Below the pieces are notes generated by a model, which did not search any database, was not told the origin of the DNA, and worked only from the letters and a program-made list of their open reading frames with translations. Source: a virus (Duplodnaviria; Caudoviricetes). From it: a DNA stretch of 64,000 nucleotides. Location: positions 42,939-106,938 of the IMG/VR virus record IMGVR_UViG_3300045594_000287. One strand, written 5' to 3'. Positions 20,785 through 32,087 of this stretch are shown in pieces. The position numbers and the translations under genes are program-made. The stretch's first letter is position 1. Every line of letters starts with the position of its first letter.

Positions 20785-21843
20785 TTGGCAAACAAGTTAA
20801 TAACCAAACTCGTAGATAAAACTGTTGAGAAAGCGAATTCAGAGGCATCCGAAAAATATACTTACTGCAAAAATAAATGGATCAAAGAAAAAGGTATCGA
20901 TACGTCGAAGGGGGCATTCGACGTATCTCAGCAGTACGACAAAGCCTGTAAGGCCGGCGGTGACGAGTTTATAAACAATGAATACTATGTTGGTAAAGAT
21001 GATAAACTCCGCACCGACATTACTGCTGCTATTAAAAGTGGAACGGGCAAGGAGATTACTCTTACCGATAAACAGAAAGCAGTAAAAGAAGTTCTTAATG
21101 CCAGCAGTCCAAATGCAGTACTCAGATATGCAGCAAAAACGTTGGTCAATAACAAAGTTGACGACATGATAAACGATAAAATTCAAGCTGAGTGTAAAAA
21201 ATACGGCATTAAATCAACAAAAACAATAACGAACGCAGAACTCAGAGAAGGAATACGTAATGTTATCCGAGGTACGAAAGACTCCGTTTTTCGAAACCAT
21301 GAACTAATGGGGAATCTCGAAGCTGATGCCACCAGCGCCCTGGAAAAGTACATGGAAGGACAACTTGGCAAATACACTTCGGCCACTTACGTGGACAAAG
21401 CATTGAAACCACTGAAGAACGCAGAGGACAAACTAACCAACCTGGATAAGAAAATCACATCTTTTTCGAAATTAGATAAGCTTGAGATATCCAAAAATAT
21501 CGCAAACCAAATCACAGGTAAATTGGACTTCACTTCAAAGCTTTCCGGCAAGTTAAGTAAGTTCGGAGTTAAAGACTCGCAACTAAGTGCTCTTCAGAAC
21601 AAACTTGGACTGTCAATAAACAAGTCACTGCAAGGACATCTCAACAAGTCAATAGAAAAAAATATATCTAAGCTCACCAATGTCACGAAGACAATTCAAA
21701 AATACGAAGAACAGATTAAGCATTACGAAGAGATGGTAACCAAACAGATCGCAGTATGGCAAAATAAAGCAAAGACTTGGTTGAAAAATCAAGAGAAAAA
21801 ATGGATTGGCAGTTTGGCCAAGAGTTTCAAAATCAAACTATGA
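20785..21843 (+). CDS. Lys-rich, predicted helical/coiled-coil hypothetical protein
   Basis: 352-aa ORF with TTG start after AAAGGA, within the baseplate operon. Confidence 0.6.
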   Translation: MANKLITKLVDKTVEKANSEASEKYTYCKNKWIKEKGIDTSKGAFDVSQQYDKACKAGGDEFINNEYYVGKDDKLRTDITAAIKSGTGKEITLTDKQKAVKEVLNASSPNAVLRYAAKTLVNNKVDDMINDKIQAECKKYGIKSTKTITNAELREGIRNVIRGTKDSVFRNHELMGNLEADATSALEKYMEGQLGKYTSATYVDKALKPLKNAEDKLTNLDKKITSFSKLDKLEISKNIANQITGKLDFTSKLSGKLSKFGVKDSQLSALQNKLGLSINKSLQGHLNKSIEKNISKLTNVTKTIQKYEEQIKHYEEMVTKQIAVWQNKAKTWLKNQEKKWIGSLAKSFKIKL

Positions 21844-21855
21844 GGTGATTGTATA

Positions 21856-22371
21856 ATGATAGACTTCGCATTGACAAACACCGGTGATCTTATAGTTGAT
21901 CAGCAAGAATCCTTTCCAGTCTTCTGTCTACAATGGAGAGATTCAGCATTTTCAATCTTCAACATGAGCTTCCTTCAGAAGCAAGAAAAAGACAAACGCA
22001 CTCCTGAAGGCATATTCGAATTTAACTTCGATGCATCATCGGCTACTAATCGAGAGAAAAAGAATACACGAAGCATCCATGGCCTGGAAGAGCTGAAACA
22101 ACGGCTGATCATTCTATTTCGCACGGAAGAGGGGGCTTGTCCTCTCAATACAAACCTGGGGTCGAAGCTTGTGATCCAAAAGCATAAAGATATTAACAGT
22201 ATGCCAGTACTGCAAGAAATCCAGCGTATCGTGAAAGAGAAGATAAACGACCTGGTTGAAGATCCTGCGGTAGTCATAAAGGTCGAAAAAAGTGATAGCG
22301 CATTCTTTTGTCAGAATGTCAGCATATACATATATCAAAACAATGAACTGATTTTTAAATTCGAGGTGTAG
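21856..22371 (+). CDS. gp25-like baseplate wedge / sheath initiator
   Basis: MIDFALTNTGDL..GLEELKQRL..RTEEG.CP...LGSKL pattern; directly precedes the J-like gene. Confidence 0.7.
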   Translation: MIDFALTNTGDLIVDQQESFPVFCLQWRDSAFSIFNMSFLQKQEKDKRTPEGIFEFNFDASSATNREKKNTRSIHGLEELKQRLIILFRTEEGACPLNTNLGSKLVIQKHKDINSMPVLQEIQRIVKEKINDLVEDPAVVIKVEKSDSAFFCQNVSIYIYQNNELIFKFEV

Positions 22372-22374
22372 AGA

Positions 22375-23169
22375 ATGAAGACAATAACAGAAATCCATGA
22401 CGCTATCAAAAAGCGTTTTGAGACGAAAGTACAAGATACTTTTCAAGAGAACTCTGCGATCGATTTATATACAGGCGCCGTGTCTGAAGAGCTACATGAT
22501 GTCTATCAAGAAATTGAAGACAATAAAACTCCTCATATATGGACCGGGCTCACTGGCGAGAATCTTGACAAGACCGGTACAGCAGTAAATCTTCCCCGTG
22601 AGACTGGCGAATCTGATGCAACATATCTATATCGTCTAATGAACTGGACGAAAATAAACGAAGCCAGCAATACGATCGCCATACAGGCTGCTGTGCTTAC
22701 TCCTCAATATTCTTCGAATATTGACTACGTCCCCTACACGAAAGGGAGCGGCACCGGAACATGCTATGTGCTTCCTAAGCACTACACGCAAGAAAATATA
22801 GAAGCTGCCTTAAAAGAAGCAGCCGAACGAATCTCCAAAGTGGCTTCTCCCAGCTTATACATAGAGTATATAATCCCTAAGATCCGTAGCGTTCGGCTCC
22901 AGATCAATATCGAGACCGAGAATGGTGACACTGCTCTGATAAAAGAAAAACTGGAACAGGACATCATGGAATATATTAACACGATTCCACCGAAAAGTTA
23001 TCTGGAAATTGGTCACATAAACAAGATGGGTATCAATACCGACAATGTGAAGTATTTCAATGTGCTTTCTGTCATCATAGATAATGAGAGCATTGACACG
23101 ATCGAAGTATTGCAGGGGATCGATACAAAGTTATTGTTCGACGATATAATATGGACGGGAGACGAATGA
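22375..23169 (+). CDS. Baseplate J-like (gp6-like) wedge protein, short form
   Basis: TGENLD..G..R..GESDATYLYRL and GSGTGTCYV motifs. Confidence 0.7.
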   Translation: MKTITEIHDAIKKRFETKVQDTFQENSAIDLYTGAVSEELHDVYQEIEDNKTPHIWTGLTGENLDKTGTAVNLPRETGESDATYLYRLMNWTKINEASNTIAIQAAVLTPQYSSNIDYVPYTKGSGTGTCYVLPKHYTQENIEAALKEAAERISKVASPSLYIEYIIPKIRSVRLQINIETENGDTALIKEKLEQDIMEYINTIPPKSYLEIGHINKMGINTDNVKYFNVLSVIIDNESIDTIEVLQGIDTKLLFDDIIWTGDE

Positions 23170-23170
23170 C

Positions 23171-26100
23171 ATGTTATCAGCTAGAAATACCTTCTTAAAC
23201 CTCGCGAAGAAATTCCCAAAATGGATGGATGTGCATAAACGCCCATTGAAATCCGTAGGAGGGAAATACCTACAATCGATTGTAGAGGAGCAGAATGACA
23301 TACAGTCTGCCCTGAATGACTTTGAAAGTGACTTTTTCTTAGTCAGTTATATCGGTCGTGAAAATGATATTGTTGCTATAGTTTATGTTATCCCTGTGGG
23401 TGACGTTGCCATCGACATGATTGTGCCGGCTGTCAGCGTCACTTTTGATACGAGAGAGTTTCTCCTGTCGCCAGGTAAATTTGCTTTGATTCAAAACGGC
23501 TTCTTAATCCTGCACCCAGATGCTACGCCGAAAGATCTGAAAGTCCGTTACAGCTACAATGGGAATGAATACGGTGGATTGCTCACGAAACAATATATAT
23601 GGAATATATTTGATGAGTTTGCCATGTTTTCCGGACTATCCCGCTACGAAGATGAAACCAACGCAGACCTATTAAAGCGCTGCCTGCTCGCTTTCAGAAA
23701 CCAGACCAACAGTACGGAAAAAGGATTGAAGAATGCTATCATAAATTCAGTAGAAAATTACCTGCCGATCACAAAGGACCAGATTACTTTTGAAGCTCTT
23801 GATGAAAACAACCTTACGATCGAAGATGATGATTTCGGAACGCTTTATGAAAAGCTTGCTCAATTCAACCAAGATATTTTCCGCACAAAGAAATGGGACA
23901 TGGACACCTGGGAACATAATTTTAAACAGCTCGAGTGGGTTCCTCATATCTGGGACGCAAAAATTGAAACATATCAAGATGGAACAGGGCAGGGCAATGA
24001 TATCCAGGTCCAGCTTACCTCAAACTCTAAAGATGAACTCACCGATGTAGAAGCCTATGGATATGTAAAATCCAGTGTATCCATTGATGAATATACCAGA
24101 AAGAAAAGTATCCGTAAAAAAATAACACTCAACCTTGAACAATATAAGGATGAACTTAAGGCTACTTCTGTTGGCTATAGAATTACGGCTACAGATCTTC
24201 TGAAGATCGATCCTCAGAGTATCTCAATCAAAAGCATGACAAAGACGACTGGCCAGACTGTCCAGTATCTGTCTGATATTGTCACGGATCATGGCGATGC
24301 CACTATTGTGCGCAGAGACCAGGTATTGGAAACTGGCACATATAGGCTCAAGTTTATTCCTAAAAATAATTTTTCTGATATGTCCATCTCAAAAGCTACG
24401 TACAAATCCCCCAATGGCAGCACGAAAGACTTACGTATAGAATCCGGACGTTTCAAAAGGAATGGAAATGTAATTCGAGATACTGATGTTCTGCTGCACG
24501 CCACGAATACAAACCAGTGTTGTTCCTATTCTAAGATCACAAATTCTCCTGAAGGCTTTATGTTAGAAGCAGGCGAAACGGAGGGGGAATTCTCAATAGA
24601 TGTAACCGACATGGGCGGCCATCCTGTTACTTTTGAGGATTCATGCATAGTAAGCGACATCACTCAGAGTCAAAGCTATGTTAAGAGTAACGGATTTGAT
24701 CTTACAAGCGAAAATGTTCTTTCCGCTACGACGCAGGACATGACTCCTACACTCGATATTGATATAGACTGCGTCAGTTTATCCTTCGATTTTCTAAAAT
24801 CGGTCAAAGCCGAAGAGCAAGGCAGCGCAACGGTTATTATAAAAGTCGACGGAAAAGTAGATGAAGTAAACTCAGGCCTATGGACAGGAGCTCGTACATA
24901 TAATAGAAAGTTCAGCAAGCTATCTCGAGTGCAGATCCATATTCAAAAAGCCGGCATGAGCCCCATAAGCTTTGGTAATTTCAAAGCATCGCGCTATGAA
25001 ATCGCAATGTCTCTTGAACATGGTGATTTCATACACACACCGTTTGCGACTTTGATTCCTAACTTAAAAGATGTTCAGAGAAACATCTTGCACGTAAAGA
25101 TAAAAACATACAGCATATACTCTCCTATCGTAAAGTACGTGCATATTGGCGCCTCTCTTCAGGGGGTAAGCTATGATCTCACGGGATTACAACTTGATGC
25201 CGGCGGATCCCTGGATATAGATTCTACGTGCAGAGTTGAACTTTATAGAATGGAAGACGGCAGATCACTGCTATTAAATGGAGACTATATAACGAAGCCT
25301 TTATATCGAAATGATACAGATGAGTCCGTACTACTGTCCCTGGATGTAAGTGCATTCGAAACGATTGAAAAATCATCGATGCCAATATCCAAAACCGTTT
25401 ATAAGGGCAACATGACCTCATATGTCACCCTTTACCCAGGAGAAACCGAAGAATCTATCACGATCACAGGTAAGACATACACTTCTCAGGAATCTCATAC
25501 CTTGGCATATTTACTTGGAATAACTACAGATGAAGATGTTTACGTGAGCAAAGGGGCTTCAGGATTTATTGTCTACAACACAAAAAATCTTGATGAACGA
25601 ATGGAGACAATACCAAGGAGCAGATTTAACTCAAGTGCAGATACATTTAGTTATGAAGGGCTGCCTGATACCATGTCTGCATGGTTCTCGATTGAAGATA
25701 CCGTCATCCAAACGAACAAGTTGCAGACAATATTTGATACAACATACATAACTCCGCTGAAAGGCACAGAATATATAGCATATAATACAACGAAGCTGCT
25801 CAGTTCTTCCATGTCGAACGTACAGATAGTTGACGTGTTCTATCCACTTCTTGATACATCCAAACTATTACTATACAGAATAGAGCCTGATGCTGCCGGC
25901 ACATTATCAAGTACGGTTCTGTTCGAAAAAGAGATCGATGGGAAAGAAGTATATGAAGACTGGTCTTTCGGTCGTAAAAAGAATGGCATTCGTATTCAGG
26001 CGGACCTGGACTACAAAAACAGTAGTAACTACGCTGTAGATGAAACTCAAGTCGATGATTACTATGTTATCTCTAATAATATAGAACTCAAGGACAAGTA

Positions 26101-28168
26101 CACAATAGATGGTGCAGAATCCGAGTTGGCAAGATATATTATTAAGCCGCCAGCAGGTATGGATATTGAATACGCTACAGATCAGTGTGGCCAGAATCTT
26201 ATCTGTGAAAACGATGGATTCAATAAGCTTTGGTATTCCAATGTAGATTCCATTTTATCCATAACAGCCAATGGCGTAAGTGTACCTGTCAGTGAATATT
26301 TCTTCTTACCAAAAGAAGGCATCCTCGTATGGACTTCTTCGAAATATCATGGAAACACGATCCAGGTTCTCTATTCCTATAAAGTCCCAAAGTACATGGT
26401 ATATCGCAGTATAGAGGCTCTCTACGATGTAATCGGATATAGCATAGAAGCTTACGCTGCGCTAAATAAAGACCCTGTAGTGCTTACTGACATGCACAAT
26501 GGTGAAATTAGAGCAATAGATTTTGGAGGAAAAACTGCCGATAAAATCCTGGCCAAATGTACGAACAGAAATTATCAGGTCACAATAACCGGATCAATGG
26601 TACGCACGGATCTTGTAAGTGATAAAGTAAAGGCTATTGCAAAAACAGGATATTACTACGATGATGGCAAGGAATATTATCTATTTGGACATTTACACTC
26701 CGAAGAGATTTCAAAGTACTCCAACATAGAACTTCACAACGTTTCCGATATAGAAGATGAACTTGAATTCATGCAGAAATCAACAAATCATCTCCTTGAC
26801 ACGTATATGCAGGGAGACCGAGAAGACGATATGTGTTTCGTTGACTTCAAGGCCCATAAGGAAATTGACGGCATTAGCCGGCTTGAATCAACAACTGCTT
26901 GCGACAGCTACAATTCTTGGAACGATTTCAATGTAGATATCAGCCTTGTCGAATCTAACGATGGACATGCGATTAAATTTTTGCCAGAAGAAGACGATGC
27001 GTATGCCATCATGGAAATATCGAACGTAGTCAAAAAGAACTCAATCATAACCTTTGTCACGACTGGTTCTGTAATTGCCAAGATCATGCGAGAAGTAAAA
27101 GCCGACGGCGACAGTATGTCAAAATCAATCTTTTCAGAACACTACGGAGACGTCCAGAAACAAGATGAATATTCATATTTCATCTTCGATGATAATACAG
27201 ACTTATCCTATCGTTACTTCTTGATGATTCAGGGGAGCGGGACGATTGATTGTATTATTGCCAAAGACTATGTAGCCGAGGAGAGCGTAAAACTCATACA
27301 TGAAAAGCAACTAGGCGTGCTTGGTTTTAATGTTGAAGAAGCTCTAGTAAAAAACTCCAAAGTCAATATGAGTTTTGACACCCAATATAATGTGCTCGAC
27401 AACCTCGAGCTGGATAAAGCCGGCCGGCTGAGAACAGGATCAAATGTAGATTATGGTGTAACAAAACTGTTTGATTCCAGGCTTCATATGGGAGAAAGCA
27501 AAAACATCGATATCGTCATAAAGAAAAATGCTTTCTATTCTGAGGGGAAACAGGGGACGATAGTATTCTCTGATATTTATCTTCGTAACTATCAAGCAAT
27601 TACCGGACTGTATGTGAAGGTAAATGATGTAATTATTGACAAGATGAATAACTTCAACATCAGAGCATACATGAAAACATCCCTAGATGAATCATACAAC
27701 TCTGTAGAATACAGTCGTAAGACAAATCTCCTGGCCATTTACAAATCAAAGATAGCACCTTATCTACAGATTGAAGTAGAAATGCCAGCCGATAGAGTAA
27801 TAAATAACATAGAGATTTATGCAAGATATGCAGAGACCGGTGGCGGCCTCTTCATTGAAACGTATGATTCCGGCACATTCCTGAGCAAAGTATATGACAC
27901 CATGCAGAGCGCTAACTACAAACTTGTAGGATTAGACGGAACAGCTAAGAAGCTTGACCGTATTTCACTGAGCATGAGAGGCTGCAGATGGGACGACAAC
28001 GGACATGAAGTATGGACAGACTGGTATCCAATGAAACTTAGGGATGATCTCACGATCGACAGCGAAGGGCACTCATTTGATGGATATCAACTATTCCAAT
28101 TCATGATAGACCTGGATCATAAAGATGCAGAAATCACAATTAAAGATTTCATTCTCGAGGTGATTTGA
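23171..28168 (+). CDS. Large baseplate wedge/structural protein (1665 aa)
   Basis: WNIFDEFA..GL.RY.DETN..L..R..NST.KGL.NAI wedge-type motif; follows the J-like gene; beta-rich composition. Confidence 0.6.
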   Translation: MLSARNTFLNLAKKFPKWMDVHKRPLKSVGGKYLQSIVEEQNDIQSALNDFESDFFLVSYIGRENDIVAIVYVIPVGDVAIDMIVPAVSVTFDTREFLLSPGKFALIQNGFLILHPDATPKDLKVRYSYNGNEYGGLLTKQYIWNIFDEFAMFSGLSRYEDETNADLLKRCLLAFRNQTNSTEKGLKNAIINSVENYLPITKDQITFEALDENNLTIEDDDFGTLYEKLAQFNQDIFRTKKWDMDTWEHNFKQLEWVPHIWDAKIETYQDGTGQGNDIQVQLTSNSKDELTDVEAYGYVKSSVSIDEYTRKKSIRKKITLNLEQYKDELKATSVGYRITATDLLKIDPQSISIKSMTKTTGQTVQYLSDIVTDHGDATIVRRDQVLETGTYRLKFIPKNNFSDMSISKATYKSPNGSTKDLRIESGRFKRNGNVIRDTDVLLHATNTNQCCSYSKITNSPEGFMLEAGETEGEFSIDVTDMGGHPVTFEDSCIVSDITQSQSYVKSNGFDLTSENVLSATTQDMTPTLDIDIDCVSLSFDFLKSVKAEEQGSATVIIKVDGKVDEVNSGLWTGARTYNRKFSKLSRVQIHIQKAGMSPISFGNFKASRYEIAMSLEHGDFIHTPFATLIPNLKDVQRNILHVKIKTYSIYSPIVKYVHIGASLQGVSYDLTGLQLDAGGSLDIDSTCRVELYRMEDGRSLLLNGDYITKPLYRNDTDESVLLSLDVSAFETIEKSSMPISKTVYKGNMTSYVTLYPGETEESITITGKTYTSQESHTLAYLLGITTDEDVYVSKGASGFIVYNTKNLDERMETIPRSRFNSSADTFSYEGLPDTMSAWFSIEDTVIQTNKLQTIFDTTYITPLKGTEYIAYNTTKLLSSSMSNVQIVDVFYPLLDTSKLLLYRIEPDAAGTLSSTVLFEKEIDGKEVYEDWSFGRKKNGIRIQADLDYKNSSNYAVDETQVDDYYVISNNIELKDKYTIDGAESELARYIIKPPAGMDIEYATDQCGQNLICENDGFNKLWYSNVDSILSITANGVSVPVSEYFFLPKEGILVWTSSKYHGNTIQVLYSYKVPKYMVYRSIEALYDVIGYSIEAYAALNKDPVVLTDMHNGEIRAIDFGGKTADKILAKCTNRNYQVTITGSMVRTDLVSDKVKAIAKTGYYYDDGKEYYLFGHLHSEEISKYSNIELHNVSDIEDELEFMQKSTNHLLDTYMQGDREDDMCFVDFKAHKEIDGISRLESTTACDSYNSWNDFNVDISLVESNDGHAIKFLPEEDDAYAIMEISNVVKKNSIITFVTTGSVIAKIMREVKADGDSMSKSIFSEHYGDVQKQDEYSYFIFDDNTDLSYRYFLMIQGSGTIDCIIAKDYVAEESVKLIHEKQLGVLGFNVEEALVKNSKVNMSFDTQYNVLDNLELDKAGRLRTGSNVDYGVTKLFDSRLHMGESKNIDIVIKKNAFYSEGKQGTIVFSDIYLRNYQAITGLYVKVNDVIIDKMNNFNIRAYMKTSLDESYNSVEYSRKTNLLAIYKSKIAPYLQIEVEMPADRVINNIEIYARYAETGGGLFIETYDSGTFLSKVYDTMQSANYKLVGLDGTAKKLDRISLSMRGCRWDDNGHEVWTDWYPMKLRDDLTIDSEGHSFDGYQLFQFMIDLDHKDAEITIKDFILEVI

Positions 28169-30315
28169 TGTTCGAACCAAACAGCAGAATAGAACGTGTT
28201 GATAATGGCATCCGCTTTTACGAGCAGGACATACTCTGCTCTTCATATATTTTCGAGGGCAATCTGGTAGTCGATGTAAAATTCGACTACCTAGCTCCCG
28301 GTTTTGGAATTGTTATAGCAGATGATAACGACAAAGGATTTATCGACTCAAAGTATGCCTACTTCTTTAAGCTCGGAATAGACTCATTCAAGATATACGA
28401 ACGGCATATGAATTCAGTAGACAACCCGCAGACAAACTCATGCATATTTGCGCCTGGAGACAACAAGCTGAATCAGCATATAGCATTAGAGATAGGCAAT
28501 ACGCATGTCGCAATGAAGCTCATTCGCAGCAACAATGACGGTGTCGACGATACAATAGAACTTGGTTCATATGATTTCAAAAATGAGTTTGGACGATACC
28601 GGGTCGGAATATATTCCAATGCTGGAAACGTCGTACGCTCTCTGACATTCAAATCAGGAGCTCCTAATAACTGGAGAACCAGTATCAAAAATACCTTTGG
28701 CGGACGCATTGCATTCATGCAAGATGGTTTCGAGTTCGAAAACTGCGCACATGATGCAGAGATCGAGCAGGAAGACGTGGACTTAAAGGCCGGGACATAC
28801 TTCATGGATTATAAAACATTCAATGTAAATGGTAAGTTCGACATCGAATGTTACATATTCCCATCCAAGATGTCGCGAGTAGAAGATAAGCAATTTGAAG
28901 ATCCTAAGAAACAGCTGCTGAAAAAGGATGGCAGCTTTACCATCGATAAGGATATGAAGGTAAACGTAAAATTCAAAGGGACATATGGAAAAATCACAAA
29001 CATCTGTATGAAAGATAATCGAGATAGTTCTTTTGTCAGAACTGAAGGAGCTCCTATATCCAATGACGGCAGCTGGATAGCCGTAAGCTTAACGGGGGTA
29101 CGTTCGGTAGAATGGACTGGCATAATCACAAATACCCCAAAATGGTCCGACCTGACAAAGCCATGTCCATATGCGATATTTTCTACAAGCAACATAACAG
29201 TGACAAAAGAAAAAAGCGATATCACTTTCGGCAGTTACTTCGACTTCAAATATACAGTTGACATTGGGATGCTAACGATAACGGATCCGGCGACCGGTCT
29301 GTCGCACTCCATCGATGCGCCGCTATCTGCGGCAGACAACAATACTATAAAAATCTTCCAAAATATCACCGCGGTAATTACAAAGTTCGTTATTACTGAT
29401 CACAACGGAAGAGAGAACAGCGTTCTCTTTTCAAAAGGATTTCATTCTTACGTGCCAGGATCAATCAACAGTCCTATAATCATCACATCAAATAAGGGCG
29501 CAGCACTCGATCTTTCGGCGGCTTATCGGGAAGTTGTACTTCCACAAGTTAAGATTGAACTTTTCAACCTGAGCAAACCATTGGAGTTATCCGAACACAT
29601 CGTTAGTTCATTTAGCGAAATCGAATTGTATGGTATTCCACATGGGGTTACGGTGTCACCACAAGAAACCGAGATCAGCAAATATGCTCCAGGAGCAATC
29701 AGAATCTCGGATGAAAAATATGTGGCCAACGGAAATGTGATAACTCTTGATCAGACTACTCGAGAAAAGTTCAGATATATCGCTGCCAGGTATATAAGTG
29801 CAGAGAATTATAGTTACCAGTTTACAAATGTAGAACGAGAGTTGTTTTCCAGTTCGCAGAAGCGATTCATCGTATCGAAAAAAATTGCTAAGTCAAGTGA
29901 TGCAGTAAATGTATATGGTATACCAGAGTCTGCAGAGATATGTGAAGATCGTTTCTTTAGGATCCCTCAAAAGACGATGACGCACTCAATTGACCTATAT
30001 GCAGATAAATACGACGCATTGCCCGCCGCAGCGTATACAGTATTGAAAGAGATGAACGAGATCGTAATCGATCCTTTCTACAAAAAGAAGTATTGCAAGT
30101 TTATAATCGATTACGACAAGGCGGACAGCTATTCGATCAATTTCTCGAGCGACATATCACAATACGAAATTGATGTAATGTCGACCGATTCTCGAGTAAC
30201 ACTTTCATACGACATGTACGACGATGGCAGTGTGAATGATTATATCAAGACCGATATAGTTCCTGATAAAAGTAAGTATATCGTGCTCAAGAGAAAGAGG
30301 ATGAAAGAGAATTGA
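28165..30315 (+). CDS. Putative baseplate/virion structural protein (~716 aa)
   Basis: Overlapping start (TTG 28165 or ATG 28168) after GAGGTG; beta-rich; operon context. Confidence 0.5.
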   Translation: MMFEPNSRIERVDNGIRFYEQDILCSSYIFEGNLVVDVKFDYLAPGFGIVIADDNDKGFIDSKYAYFFKLGIDSFKIYERHMNSVDNPQTNSCIFAPGDNKLNQHIALEIGNTHVAMKLIRSNNDGVDDTIELGSYDFKNEFGRYRVGIYSNAGNVVRSLTFKSGAPNNWRTSIKNTFGGRIAFMQDGFEFENCAHDAEIEQEDVDLKAGTYFMDYKTFNVNGKFDIECYIFPSKMSRVEDKQFEDPKKQLLKKDGSFTIDKDMKVNVKFKGTYGKITNICMKDNRDSSFVRTEGAPISNDGSWIAVSLTGVRSVEWTGIITNTPKWSDLTKPCPYAIFSTSNITVTKEKSDITFGSYFDFKYTVDIGMLTITDPATGLSHSIDAPLSAADNNTIKIFQNITAVITKFVITDHNGRENSVLFSKGFHSYVPGSINSPIIITSNKGAALDLSAAYREVVLPQVKIELFNLSKPLELSEHIVSSFSEIELYGIPHGVTVSPQETEISKYAPGAIRISDEKYVANGNVITLDQTTREKFRYIAARYISAENYSYQFTNVERELFSSSQKRFIVSKKIAKSSDAVNVYGIPESAEICEDRFFRIPQKTMTHSIDLYADKYDALPAAAYTVLKEMNEIVIDPFYKKKYCKFIIDYDKADSYSINFSSDISQYEIDVMSTDSRVTLSYDMYDDGSVNDYIKTDIVPDKSKYIVLKRKRMKEN

Positions 30316-32084
30316 AAATCAACTTGCCAAAGCATGATATAAAAGAGGTAGAAAACGTAGGGATCAAAGAAATCCCTCTCGCTTATATTGATACTCATGA
30401 CGATGTGTATCATGCAAACGTAAACGTAGAGAAACAATTTGTAAAGTCACAAAGCAAGAAAATTAGGCCGTATGACGAGTTTGAAGATCCGGACATGTAT
30501 TTCTATGATAGCAACAATAAACTCGTCACAAACGTAGCCCTGAAGCGTCTGGGCAACCGTTATGTATACGAACCGACTTCGATTACTGAATTTACCCCGG
30601 AAACATTTAGCTGCGATATCACAATCCAGAGAAATATGTCGTACTCTAATGATAACGATATTGACCTTTCGGTTTGTGTTGTTGAGCAGAGCAACGTGCT
30701 GGAGCTATCAGGCGACCTGATATCAATCTGTGGAGACGCACCAAAGCGAGGGATATGTCCATCACACATCACCGTGAATGGAGGGTCGATGAGCCCATAT
30801 TCCTTTACTGCATCGGACTATAAAACATGCGACTTTATGTTCATCGATTCTTTTGACGGGAAACATATCCGTTCAGAAAATAACGAAGAACTCATCGATA
30901 TAGATACCATATTAAACGAACATGTAAATGTATGGCTTAGCGTATCTTCATTCGGTGACATGCTGAGAAAATGTGATGACTCTTTTAAATCGCTTACCAT
31001 AGCTTCTCCAATGCTCTATCAGAATAAAGAATACTTATCATCTAAGCCTGATAAAATGTCTATCTTCGACCGGTCGAAAACGTTCGAGGCCTACAGCAAG
31101 AAGGATTACGAATACGAATTTTTATGTGATGCAGTACTGATTCTTCATAAGGCTGGTTGCGGCTTCGTGATTGTATCTCCAAGAGCTTTCTTTGATGATA
31201 TAAACCAGTACGCCGGCATAGTATACGAAGCGATGATGAATGTATATTGCCGAGGATATTACAAAGCATCATCCCCTAAGACATGGATCACTGATTATCC
31301 TATTGATTCTATAGCATACCAGACTGCTCCATTAAATAAAAACCATGGGCGTCTCAACATAAATGATATCCTGGTGAGCAATGGAATTAAGGGGAAAACG
31401 GCCTTTCGTATTGTATCTATCAAATGCAGCTCAAACAATATCCTGTTCAATGGCATCGATTCGTCCGGAAATATGAGCTTCAAAAAATTGATAACAAATA
31501 CAGATCCGGTAAAAAAAGAAGGACAAGTTTCGTATTACACCACAAAACAAACCGTAATTTACTATATGCAGGAAGATATAAATCTGATTGAAGTTCCATT
31601 CGATGTAAAGTACCGGGCAGACGGCAGTACAGTATATATAATAATAAACCCATATCATAGCTCTGCTTCTAAAATTAACTCTGATGACCAACAGGAGCTG
31701 AAGATCCCAAATAACAATGGAGTTTATTTTATCTGTACCAAACCGAGCAAACCAGATTTGTCTAATGTATATAGTTTAGTCCTAGATTCCGAGTACCAGC
31801 CAGACGTTCACGGCTATAAAATGGCCACGGTAAATATCGTGACCACGCCGCAAACAAAGCTTTATGATATCCGAATCATGGGCGGAGGGCTGCCAAAGGT
31901 GCTACCGGACGACTACAACATGATAGATATCGGAAATATCAATGGACGCCCATACAGGGTCGGATCAACATCGATTATACGCCTGCCCAAAAAATATGAA
32001 CCATACAAGGAGAAGATACTCGATGCCATAAACATGCACGCGGCTTCAGGAGATTATCCTTTATTGGTTTTTGAAAAGGAGTAA
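30312..32084 (+). CDS. Putative baseplate structural protein (590 aa)
   Basis: Coupled TTG start; C-terminal DIRIMGGGLP..DIG..G.PY..IIRLP segment; operon context. Confidence 0.5.
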   Translation: MKINLPKHDIKEVENVGIKEIPLAYIDTHDDVYHANVNVEKQFVKSQSKKIRPYDEFEDPDMYFYDSNNKLVTNVALKRLGNRYVYEPTSITEFTPETFSCDITIQRNMSYSNDNDIDLSVCVVEQSNVLELSGDLISICGDAPKRGICPSHITVNGGSMSPYSFTASDYKTCDFMFIDSFDGKHIRSENNEELIDIDTILNEHVNVWLSVSSFGDMLRKCDDSFKSLTIASPMLYQNKEYLSSKPDKMSIFDRSKTFEAYSKKDYEYEFLCDAVLILHKAGCGFVIVSPRAFFDDINQYAGIVYEAMMNVYCRGYYKASSPKTWITDYPIDSIAYQTAPLNKNHGRLNINDILVSNGIKGKTAFRIVSIKCSSNNILFNGIDSSGNMSFKKLITNTDPVKKEGQVSYYTTKQTVIYYMQEDINLIEVPFDVKYRADGSTVYIIINPYHSSASKINSDDQQELKIPNNNGVYFICTKPSKPDLSNVYSLVLDSEYQPDVHGYKMATVNIVTTPQTKLYDIRIMGGGLPKVLPDDYNMIDIGNINGRPYRVGSTSIIRLPKKYEPYKEKILDAINMHAASGDYPLLVFEKE

Positions 32085-32087
32085 ATT